From contig CAYUCQ010000002.1 in assembly GCA_964443535.1 (NCBI GenBank), positions 1 through 34,044 of the forward strand: DNA of 34,044 bases. Direction: 5' to 3'. The position numbers were made by a program, and so were the translations under genes. The notes under the pieces were generated by a model. It was not told where the DNA came from, did not search any database, and saw nothing but the letters and a program-made list of their open reading frames with translations. Positions 26,631 through 34,044 of the stretch are shown here, piece after piece (within the stretch, counting starts at the first letter, position 1; every line of letters begins with the position of its first letter). This DNA is from Candidatus Woesearchaeota archaeon (lineage in GTDB: Archaea; Nanobdellota; Nanobdellia; Pacearchaeales; GW2011-AR1).

Positions 26631-26712
26631 TAAAGGCACGAATAGCATGTGTGCTTATTAAGAAGTTACAACAAACAGAAAGATTTAAATACTTGGGTAT
26701 ATACTGGATAGT

Positions 26713-26880
26713 ATCACCTCTTTTTGCCCAGGAGAGGACGCTCAATCTATCTATTTAATAAGATTGAGCCTCCTCTTCAAGGGTTTATCAACATCACAAC
26801 TCATAATCAGCTGAAATTACACAAAGACAAGCGCCAGGAGAAAACGCGCCTCTGTCAGTGAAAAAGAATTTCAGATGACT
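26713..26880 (+). ncRNA. Candidate structured ncRNA of unknown family
   Basis: BRE/TATA GAAAGA-TTTAAATA (TATA 26684-26691) with no ORF downstream; two long hairpins at 26726-26784 and 26807-26878. Strand inferred from the promoter only. Confidence 0.45.
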
Positions 26881-26888
26881 AATAATCA

Positions 26889-28088
26889 TCAACCTTTTCT
26901 TCTAATCTCTACAATATTTCTTGCCCAGAAAGATAATATGCAGAATCCTGCCATGAAAACAGCAAATAATAGGAAAATAAACTTAAATGGAAGGAAAATT
27001 AGAAGAAAAGCTGGAAGAAGCTTTGCAGCAAGATGATTAACATCTATGCTCGTGTTAAATGGCGCAAAAAATCTGTAAACTTCTTCATTAGTTGAAATAT
27101 CAAAGAAATAAGCTTCTGTAGTAGACTCAAGCATCGCAATTCCTATACTTGCAATAAAGAGAAATAGGAATATTAAATAGATATTATTCAAGAAAAAGCA
27201 AATTAAAGCAGCTGTGCTAAGAATAGCATACCCTGTAATAAACATCTTCCTATGCCCTACCTTATTCGCAATTTTTGCAAAAGGATATGCAAATGCAACT
27301 GCAGGCAATAGCATTAAGACAAAAAAAGCGCTCAAGTCAAAAATATCAAATCCATTTCTTACTATGTACAAAGGCATGAAAAGATAAATAAGGACCCACC
27401 AAAAGTTCCCGCCTCCGCCTAAAAGAAAAGCAATAGTTCTGTCTCTGCTCTTGAAAAAGTCAACAAAATTCTTGAATATATTCTCGTCAACAGACTTAAT
27501 CTTATTGTGATCTTTTATCCTGAATTTAACAAATAAAATAAGGACAAAGAATAATATAAGAGCTGAAGCAATAAATACTCCGCTATAAGAAAATTTTGAA
27601 GCTATATAGCCTGCAGCAGGCGGACCTGTAAGCCAGCCTGCATTATACAAAGTGTAGAGAAGTCCTTCATTTCTCGTTAATTCTTTTCTCTTAGACTTAT
27701 CTCTTACAATTATTCCCCAGCTTGATATTCTTAGATTAATCGCAAGCATCAAAAGCAGAGCAAGAAAAAATATTACTTTAATATCACTAACATAACTAAA
27801 CAAAAAGTAAGATATTATTGAAATTATCAATCCAAAAATATAAAGTTTTTCCTTGTCTTTTCTTTCAATCAACGGAATAAAAAGGAAAAACGAAAGAAAA
27901 GAAATCAAAGTCAATGCCGCAGAAAAAAATCCAACCAAAGTAGGACTGTCAAGATAGCTGTCAAGATAAACTGCCCAGATTGTATCAACAAGTGCTGCGG
28001 AAAAAGTTGTTAATATTCCAATAAACGCCAGCTTCTTTATGTTTAAGCTAAAATGAAGAAAATTCCCCTTTTTTATAAGATATCCCAT
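26889..28088 (-). CDS. MFS transporter
   Basis: 399 aa, about 12 TM helices, ANKVGHRK loop motif. Confidence 0.9.
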   Translation of the reverse strand: MGYLIKKGNFLHFSLNIKKLAFIGILTTFSAALVDTIWAVYLDSYLDSPTLVGFFSAALTLISFLSFFLFIPLIERKDKEKLYIFGLIISIISYFLFSYVSDIKVIFFLALLLMLAINLRISSWGIIVRDKSKRKELTRNEGLLYTLYNAGWLTGPPAAGYIASKFSYSGVFIASALILFFVLILFVKFRIKDHNKIKSVDENIFKNFVDFFKSRDRTIAFLLGGGGNFWWVLIYLFMPLYIVRNGFDIFDLSAFFVLMLLPAVAFAYPFAKIANKVGHRKMFITGYAILSTAALICFFLNNIYLIFLFLFIASIGIAMLESTTEAYFFDISTNEEVYRFFAPFNTSIDVNHLAAKLLPAFLLIFLPFKFIFLLFAVFMAGFCILSFWARNIVEIRRKG

Positions 28089-28191
28089 ATAGCTCTAAAA
28101 ATCAATATAATATATAAATTTATTATAAAGTAATAATGTAACTACTACAAAGAAACGAAAGATTTATATATCTTATAAAACACCTAAATAT

Positions 28192-28521
28192 ATGACGTTT
28201 AGATTATTCAAAGAAAGATATGACGCAGAAGTAATTGTATTTAGAAGTGAAGGCAGACCTGATTATTTTATTCAAAGAGAAGAAGGTGTAAAAAATGAAG
28301 AATTAAAAGTAATTGCCAAAGACTACATAAACTGCATTGTAAATGGCGCACCAATTGGAGTGAAAGGAAAGATTTATGTTTATGTCCCAAGAAGCGAGGA
28401 AGCCATCAAAAGATCTGGACTAGTAGGAATGCTTAACATAAGAATAACAAAAGGAAGAAAAAATCCAGAGATAGTCTGGACAAAGAATCTTATAGTAAAA
28501 AAGAAGGGCATACTTGACTAA
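28192..28521 (+). CDS. Hypothetical protein
   Basis: 109 aa with GAAAGA-TTTATATA about 29 nt upstream of the ATG. Confidence 0.65.
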   Translation: MTFRLFKERYDAEVIVFRSEGRPDYFIQREEGVKNEELKVIAKDYINCIVNGAPIGVKGKIYVYVPRSEEAIKRSGLVGMLNIRITKGRKNPEIVWTKNLIVKKKGILD

Positions 28522-28743
28522 TTATTTCTTATCCGTAAATTCAGTATATCTGCATTTTCCGCAAAACAACCTATTTTTATGATTTGCCAGAAATATTCCA
28601 GGCCCGCATCTTGGGCATGATTTGCCTTTGACAATTTCATCGCCCTTGATAGTATAATGTTTGTATTTCTGGCTTGTCTGCTTATTTTTATGCTTTTTCT
28701 TGCCCTTTTGCTTGCCTTCTGCTCCGCCTACTTTGGTAGTCAT
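28522..28743 (-). CDS. rps27ae: 30S ribosomal protein eS31 (S27ae)
   Basis: CPRCGPGIFLANHKNRLFCGKC. Confidence 0.96.
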   Translation of the reverse strand: MTTKVGGAEGKQKGKKKHKNKQTSQKYKHYTIKGDEIVKGKSCPRCGPGIFLANHKNRLFCGKCRYTEFTDKK

Positions 28744-29006
28744 TTCTTCTCCTTCTTAGGCTTTGGCTTTGGCTCTACTTTTAGCTTGTCTGCAGCAGAA
28801 TCATAAATATATGCTTCTATAAGAAATTCTTTGCTGCCAAAATTACTTGATATTTTCTTGACAGCAATTCTATCTGCTTCAGCATTAAAATGCTTTGAGC
28901 AATCTTCCCTCACTTTTGCAAGCCCAGGATTCTTCGCAGAATCTATTGAAAAAACTACTTCTTTCCTGTTCAACAAATTATTCTTAAAATCAGTTATTAT
29001 TTCCAT
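28740..29006 (-). CDS. rps24e: 30S ribosomal protein eS24 (S24e)
   Basis: KNNLLNRKEV...SNFGS...AYIYDS; conserved position upstream of S27ae. Confidence 0.9.
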   Translation of the reverse strand: MEIITDFKNNLLNRKEVVFSIDSAKNPGLAKVREDCSKHFNAEADRIAVKKISSNFGSKEFLIEAYIYDSAADKLKVEPKPKPKKEKK

Positions 29007-29007
29007 A

Positions 29008-29193
29008 TTATCTGAAACGCGCTCCATAAACACCTTTTCCCTTTATTGACAATTTTTGAGCAATCTCTGATTGCTCTGGATTCAAAACAACAATCTTGCC
29101 CCTCAAATTTTCAAGCTCTTCCTTAGGAACAAGCCTTGTGCTTCCTATGCCTTTTTCATTCAACTCAAATATCTTAACAAATTTTTCTGCCAT
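29008..29193 (-). CDS. spt4: Spt4 (RpoE'') homologue lacking the zinc-binding cysteines
   Basis: C-terminal half GKIVVLNPEQSEIAQKLSIK..G.YG matches archaeal Spt4; typical length and synteny; contains no Cys. Confidence 0.8.
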   Translation of the reverse strand: MAEKFVKIFELNEKGIGSTRLVPKEELENLRGKIVVLNPEQSEIAQKLSIKGKGVYGARFR

Positions 29194-29195
29194 TT

Positions 29196-29480
29196 TTACT
29201 TCTTCTCCTTGCTCAAAGCAACATAAATAGTCATATTCTGGCGTGAAGGAACAACCAAATTCTCAAAAATATCTTGTCTTAATTCACCATAAGTTAAATT
29301 GCTTGCTCTATGCGACTTAACTCCGCCCACATAATCAATATAAACATCATATAAAAAATTTCTCAACAAATTATCAAACGAACGCAAAGAATCTCTATTC
29401 CTATCATCTATATCTGGCACTACATATACTCTCCACCCTATGCTTAATCTTAACAAATCAGGTTTAATTCCAAATTCCAT
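29196..29480 (-). CDS. Hypothetical protein between rpoE1 and spt4
   Basis: 94 aa; TAATG coupling to the rpoE1 stop. Confidence 0.6.
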   Translation of the reverse strand: MEFGIKPDLLRLSIGWRVYVVPDIDDRNRDSLRSFDNLLRNFLYDVYIDYVGGVKSHRASNLTYGELRQDIFENLVVPSRQNMTIYVALSKEKK

Positions 29481-30076
29481 TATTTGCCCTTCTTCTCCCC
29501 TTTTGCTGTTTTTTTAACTATTTTCTTAACGCTAACATCTTGCTTTCTCTTTTCTTCTGCAAGCCATTCAACTTTTCCTAATCCAGGCTGCCTCATTGTT
29601 AATCCTATTTTGGGATTGTCACCTTTGTAGCTTACAGCAACAATTCTTGCAACGCAGTCATCTCCTTTTCCAAGGTTTCTCTTTGAAGCTTTCCCAGACA
29701 AGCTTCCAGTCTTGCTCAAAGATACATAATCATTCATCGCTTGTGATATGTGAATCATGCCTTGCGCAGGCCCTATTTGCATAAAAGCTCCAAAATTAGT
29801 TATTTCATTAATTGTTCCATAAACAAGCTCATGCAGTTCAGGCTTCCAAACAACTAATTTAAATATAGACTTGTAAAAAGCAGCTCCATCTCCAGGAATT
29901 ATAACTCCTTCTTCTATCTTGTCAACACTGACAACAGAAATAATATATCCAAATTCCTTGTTAAAACTATTAATGTAACTCTCGTTCAGCTGGCTTTCAA
30001 TAGCCTCCTTAGTAGCCAAGCCAAAATGCTTTGGCTCAACTCTTACATAATCTTCAACTTCTAGCAAATAAAACAT
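29480..30076 (-). CDS. rpoE1: DNA-directed RNA polymerase subunit Rpo7 (E')
   Basis: G.IIPGDGA, S1 domain FGAFMQIGP..GMIHISQ, KIGLTMRQPGLGK. Confidence 0.96.
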   Translation of the reverse strand: MFYLLEVEDYVRVEPKHFGLATKEAIESQLNESYINSFNKEFGYIISVVSVDKIEEGVIIPGDGAAFYKSIFKLVVWKPELHELVYGTINEITNFGAFMQIGPAQGMIHISQAMNDYVSLSKTGSLSGKASKRNLGKGDDCVARIVAVSYKGDNPKIGLTMRQPGLGKVEWLAEEKRKQDVSVKKIVKKTAKGEKKGK

Positions 30077-30140
30077 ATTAATCTAAATATATAAAATCAT
30101 GAGAAAAATTGATTTAAAAACCTTTGGCTTTTGAAGGTTT

Positions 30141-30436
30141 TTACTCTACCCAAGAAAATACGATTGTAACTAGAAGAATAATTAATAAAAAGAAGATTAA
30201 CGATTCTACAGGATTTATTAATATCCCGATATACCATGGAATTATATTATCAACAAATGATAATGCAAAACTATCTAAATTTTTAGCATTCGGTTCTATT
30301 ATGTAAATTATAGCTAATAGTGCATATTTAATGATAGGAAAGGCTAAAAATATTATTACAAACCATGAAATTATTTTGAAATAAAGACTTCATATAAATC
30401 TTCAAAAAATTCTAATATTTGTTCTAATACTCCCAT
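30141..30436 (-). pseudogene. Frameshifted ~98-aa membrane protein gene (or sequencing error)
   Basis: ATG 1 nt after the helicase stop gives MGVLEQILEFFEDLYE, then stops. The -1 frame continues LYFKIISWFVIIFLAFP...VDNIIPWYIG...FSWVE to TAA at 30141. Confidence 0.6.
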
Positions 30437-30437
30437 C

Positions 30438-33371
30438 TCAAAGCTTCCAAACATACTCATTGCAAAAACTACAATTCTTTTCCACAGGGCATGCTGAAAA
30501 TCCTCTTCTGTAAGAATCAGATACTTCTTGCGCAGTTTTTATCAATTCCTGCTCAATAGCAAATATGTTAAATCCTGCAATTCGCGGCGAGTTAAGAGCC
30601 TTTGCATTTCCCGCTGCATCTAATTCAAATTCCAAAGGCTTCTCATGCTGAAGCATGTCAAGAATTATTCTTCTTACTCTGCCAAATGAAGAAGCTGCTA
30701 GCGCATAATATCCAAGCTGCCAATTTCTTGCTAACGGCGCAATTTCGCTCTTTCCAGTTTTATAATCAATAATATCAATCCCTCCATCATTATAATCAAT
30801 CCTATCTGCAAAACCCACAAAATTAAAATCGCCAAGCTGCGCACTTAAAAACTGCTCTGTCTTTGAACTTAAACTATACCTATTCTTATTCCTCTCAAAG
30901 AATATTCTAATTAATTGCAATACTTCAGATAAATTAGTTTCTTTCCAGTCATTTTCAAGATGCATTTCTTTTGCAAAATCTTCAAATTCTCTCAAGCTTC
31001 TAAATCCACTCTTTACGCCAGCTTCTAAAACTCTATGCACAAAGCTGCCAAGCATCATTGCCTGCCATGAAACAGTTTTTTGCTCTGGCATATTATAAAC
31101 ATATTTGTATTCATATTTTTTCTGGCACTCCCTAAAAAGAAGCAATGCAGATGGCGAGAATTTTAGTTTAGGAATGCTCTTAGTTTCTTCTAAAGAAGCA
31201 GCTCGCAAAGAAGGCTCAGAATTTTCAATATCTTCGCTATACTCAACAACAGAAAAAGAAAAATCAGGATTGCTCTTGCAGTCTATCTCGCTTAAAAATT
31301 GAGAAGGATAAAATCTCCTTCCCCCATATTCATTTGCATAAGTTAATATCAACTTCTCCTTAGCTCTTGTAAAAGCAACATAACAAAGCCTTCTTTCCTC
31401 AAAAAGTCTATTTAATCTCTCATGCTCATAAACCTTATATTCAAAATCACTCTCTGACAAATTACTAAAATTAAATTCAGGAGATAATTCAGGCGGAATC
31501 AAGCTGTTGCTTTCATAATGCTCAATAGGAAATCTCTTCTGGGCAAGATTTGTTATTATAACAACTTTATATTCAAGTCCTTTAGTAGCATGCAATGTCA
31601 TAAGCCTGACGCCGTTCTCTTCAGAATCAGCAGCTTCAATCTCTATGCCTAAATTATTCAAAATACTAAGATAATATACAAATCCTTCAATATCATCGCC
31701 ATGCAAAGCGCCATGCGCCTTGGCTAATTCGTAAAATCTATTGAGATTCATCATTATAACTTTCTCTTCTCTTGTTTTTTGCTCATTCACAAGCCCTGCA
31801 ATATTATAAATCTCTTTTATAATATCTGCCACATTCTTGTCTGCCAAAGGCAAAAGTCCGCTAATTCTTTCAGTTAAAATCTTGACAAATATTTTGCTTG
31901 AGTCAGATAATTCCAAGTTCTTTAAATTCTCTAAAATAAATGCGCTAAAAGGCTCTTCTTTTAAATTTTTCTTTATAAAACTCCCAACTTTTATCAAATC
32001 ATCTTCTTTAAAATCAAGATTGTAAAATAAATCCCACCAAGCTTCTCCTCCCCCATTTTCTTTATTTTTTAATTTCTTTAAAATTGTCAAATAATCTGCA
32101 ACTATTTTTATGCTTCTTTCTTTCAACAAAGAGTTCTTATTCATTGAAGTATATGCTATTTCTTTAGCTTCAAAAGCTCTTTTTATGATTCTTCCCTGCT
32201 GATGAGTCCTGAACATTATGCAAATATCTCTCGTGTCAGTTCCATTTTTTATTTCTCTTTCAACTAATTCAATAACTTTTCTTGCTTCTTCTCTTGCATT
32301 TTTTGACTCGTAAACCTCTATATTTTCTCCTTCTCTGCCTTGATGATTTAAAACTTCAAAGCATCCATCAAGGCTGGAATAATTATTCAAGATAAGGCGA
32401 TAAGCTGCTCTCAAAACTTTATTTGGAGATCTGTAAGATCTATCAAGATTAAAGAAATCTTTGTCTTCTACATTAAACTTTTCTTTAAACTCGGTAAAAT
32501 TTTTATTATATGCTCCGCGAAATCTATAAATTGACTGATTCAAATCACCAACAACAGTTATATTTCCAGTTGGAGCAAGCAGGAAGAGCATATCTAACTG
32601 CACTTTATTAGTATCTTGAAATTCATCAATAATAAAATAATCATATGCATTGATAATCTCTTTATGCTCGCGCAATAAATGCAATGCGTTTTTATTCAAA
32701 TCAGAATAATCCTGATAATTCTTGACAGACTTTATCTTTTCATATGCTGCCCATGTATTTGCAAATTTCCTTAATTTCAGCAATCCATTAATCTTTTTTA
32801 TTTCCTTAGCCAGCTCGCTCTTGACTAATTTTTCCCTACTTAGGTGAAGAGTCTTTAGCTTGAAATCTAAGTCTTCTAATTTTTTCACAAGCTGTTCTGC
32901 ATCATCCATATTATTTATTTTAGCAGCTACATGCTCTTGCAGCGAGTTAAGGCTTATTCCTAAATCTTTAGCAATTCCTATTGCATTTATGTATTTGTGA
33001 CAGTCTGCTCCTGAAATTTTCAGATAACGGTGCAGGGCAACTTTAGCCTCATCAGGCGTCAGTAAGTTAAATCGCGGATTTATCCCTATTTTCTGCCCAT
33101 GCACTTTCAGCAAATCAGCTGAAAAACCATGAAAAGTTCTTATAATTGGTTCTTTGCCTTCAGAATTAGTCAAAATCTTTCTCACATTATTTAATAAATT
33201 ATTCGCAGCTTCATTGGAAAAAGTCATGCAGACAATTCTTTCAGGCTCATAAGTCTTGCTGCCAATAAGATATTTTATCTTTTCAACAACAGTATGTGTC
33301 TTTCCAGTGCCTGCTCCTGCAAGGATAACACAAGGTCCTTTTATTTTTTTTACAGCTTCTTCTTGTGCCAT
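30438..33371 (-). CDS. UvrD/PcrA-like SF1 helicase fused to a PD-(D/E)xK nuclease (AdnAB/AddA-like)
   Basis: AGAGTGKT, IIDEFQD, VGDLNQSIYRFRGA, TLHATKGLEY, EERRLCYVAFTRA; nuclease GFADRID...IIDYKTG...QLGYY with terminal Cys cluster. Confidence 0.93.
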   Translation of the reverse strand: MAQEEAVKKIKGPCVILAGAGTGKTHTVVEKIKYLIGSKTYEPERIVCMTFSNEAANNLLNNVRKILTNSEGKEPIIRTFHGFSADLLKVHGQKIGINPRFNLLTPDEAKVALHRYLKISGADCHKYINAIGIAKDLGISLNSLQEHVAAKINNMDDAEQLVKKLEDLDFKLKTLHLSREKLVKSELAKEIKKINGLLKLRKFANTWAAYEKIKSVKNYQDYSDLNKNALHLLREHKEIINAYDYFIIDEFQDTNKVQLDMLFLLAPTGNITVVGDLNQSIYRFRGAYNKNFTEFKEKFNVEDKDFFNLDRSYRSPNKVLRAAYRLILNNYSSLDGCFEVLNHQGREGENIEVYESKNAREEARKVIELVEREIKNGTDTRDICIMFRTHQQGRIIKRAFEAKEIAYTSMNKNSLLKERSIKIVADYLTILKKLKNKENGGGEAWWDLFYNLDFKEDDLIKVGSFIKKNLKEEPFSAFILENLKNLELSDSSKIFVKILTERISGLLPLADKNVADIIKEIYNIAGLVNEQKTREEKVIMMNLNRFYELAKAHGALHGDDIEGFVYYLSILNNLGIEIEAADSEENGVRLMTLHATKGLEYKVVIITNLAQKRFPIEHYESNSLIPPELSPEFNFSNLSESDFEYKVYEHERLNRLFEERRLCYVAFTRAKEKLILTYANEYGGRRFYPSQFLSEIDCKSNPDFSFSVVEYSEDIENSEPSLRAASLEETKSIPKLKFSPSALLLFRECQKKYEYKYVYNMPEQKTVSWQAMMLGSFVHRVLEAGVKSGFRSLREFEDFAKEMHLENDWKETNLSEVLQLIRIFFERNKNRYSLSSKTEQFLSAQLGDFNFVGFADRIDYNDGGIDIIDYKTGKSEIAPLARNWQLGYYALAASSFGRVRRIILDMLQHEKPLEFELDAAGNAKALNSPRIAGFNIFAIEQELIKTAQEVSDSYRRGFSACPVEKNCSFCNEYVWKL

Positions 33372-33402
33372 AAAGAATTTTGCAATTAAGAGGTTAAAAA
33401 TA

Positions 33403-33708
33403 TTACGTAAGAAAAGAAAATAACTGCCTTTCGCAAAGCAGGGCTAAAGCAAGCTCAATATCTATGATATGCTCATCCATATCATCATAAGGTATACCTG
33501 CATACTGGCAAAAATCAAAGTCATGGCCTAAATCATAGGCTCCGCCATTTTCACTTATGATTGTATAATCTTCAATTACGCCTGAATTTCTAAATTTAGA
33601 GATGCATCTTTTATACAACTTGAGCTTATCTTCTAAAACTAAATTTTGCAGACTAATATCTCTAACAGCTCTTGCAATCTCATGCTCTTGAGGATATTCT
33701 AACAGCAT
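33403..33708 (-). CDS. Hypothetical protein
   Basis: Start at MLLEYPQ with a GAGGT RBS. The longer ORF-track start overlaps aIF2gamma. Confidence 0.55.
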   Translation of the reverse strand: MLLEYPQEHEIARAVRDISLQNLVLEDKLKLYKRCISKFRNSGVIEDYTIISENGGAYDLGHDFDFCQYAGIPYDDMDEHIIDIELALALLCERQLFSFLT

Positions 33709-33740
33709 ATTACCTCTTCTATTTAATCTAGTAAAGAGAA

Positions 33741-34044
33741 TTAAAATACCTTTCCATGCCCAACTAATCTCCAATGCCCTTGAATATTTCTTGCTATGCC
33801 TACATTATCTCCCTCAAAAACAACTACAGGAACTTTAAGAGAAATTTCAAGCTCATTATTCTTCATAGAGACTACGCTTCCACCGCTGGTTGAAGTATTA
33901 ATGCTTAAAAGCAATATTTCAGAAGGCTTGATTGGCTCAACATTAATTTTCTCATTAACACCAAAAACTTCTGGTATTTGGAATGCTGACGAAACTATGA
34001 TTTTGACAAAGCGAGGAAAAAATAAAGAACAGCCAAATAAAAAT
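33741..34044 (-). CDS. eif2g: Translation initiation factor aIF2 gamma, C-terminal fragment (window edge)
   Basis: Manual translation PEVFG..VEPIKPSEILLLSINT...LKVPVV..EGDNVGIARNIQGHWRLVGHG; lies upstream of rpoE1 as in the conserved operon. Confidence 0.85.
   Translation of the reverse strand, partial: FLFGCSLFFPRFVKIIVSSAFQIPEVFGVNEKINVEPIKPSEILLLSINTSTSGGSVVSMKNNELEISLKVPVVVFEGDNVGIARNIQGHWRLVGHGKVF

Noticed and set aside
26713-26880. SRP RNA, RNase P RNA or 5S rRNA
   Set aside because: The signature motifs (SRP helix 8 CAGG-GNRA-AGCA, RNase P GAGGAAAGUCC, 5S CCGAAC loop) were not found on either strand.
1-34044. CRISPR array, cas genes, integrase or transposase
   Set aside because: I saw no regularly spaced repeats and no recognisable recombinase motifs. 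The PD-(D/E)xK domain is fused to a UvrD helicase and is not a Cas4 in a cas locus.

Overview
AT-rich archaeal DNA. The gene set (rpoE1-spt4-eS24-eS31, aIF2gamma, ScpA), BRE/TATA promoters, BHB tRNA introns and a UAU-anticodon tRNA-Ile point to a DPANN archaeon, probably Pacearchaeota-like (inference). The left 10 kb holds paralogous giant surface proteins; one is fused through a TM helix to a cytoplasmic HerA/FtsK-type ATPase. Main discovery: a tRNA-Glu(UUC) gene is split in its anticodon loop into a 5' half (10217-10254) and a matching 3' half (16276-16310). The halves are separated by a ~6.0 kb island bounded by a 12-bp direct repeat and a family of 21-bp palindromes. The island has no recognisable recombinase. 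It carries a complete second tRNA-Glu(UUC) whose intron interrupts exactly that 12-bp core, plus PIN, WYL, M48 and CAP cargo. The remainder is mostly housekeeping DNA with several oddities: tRNA-Ile(UAU), a tRNA-His with a mismatched acceptor stem, a covarying double-hairpin repeat, an unexplained structured ncRNA candidate, a Cys-free Spt4 and a frameshifted membrane-protein gene. All family calls come from motif recognition by eye; no database searches were run.
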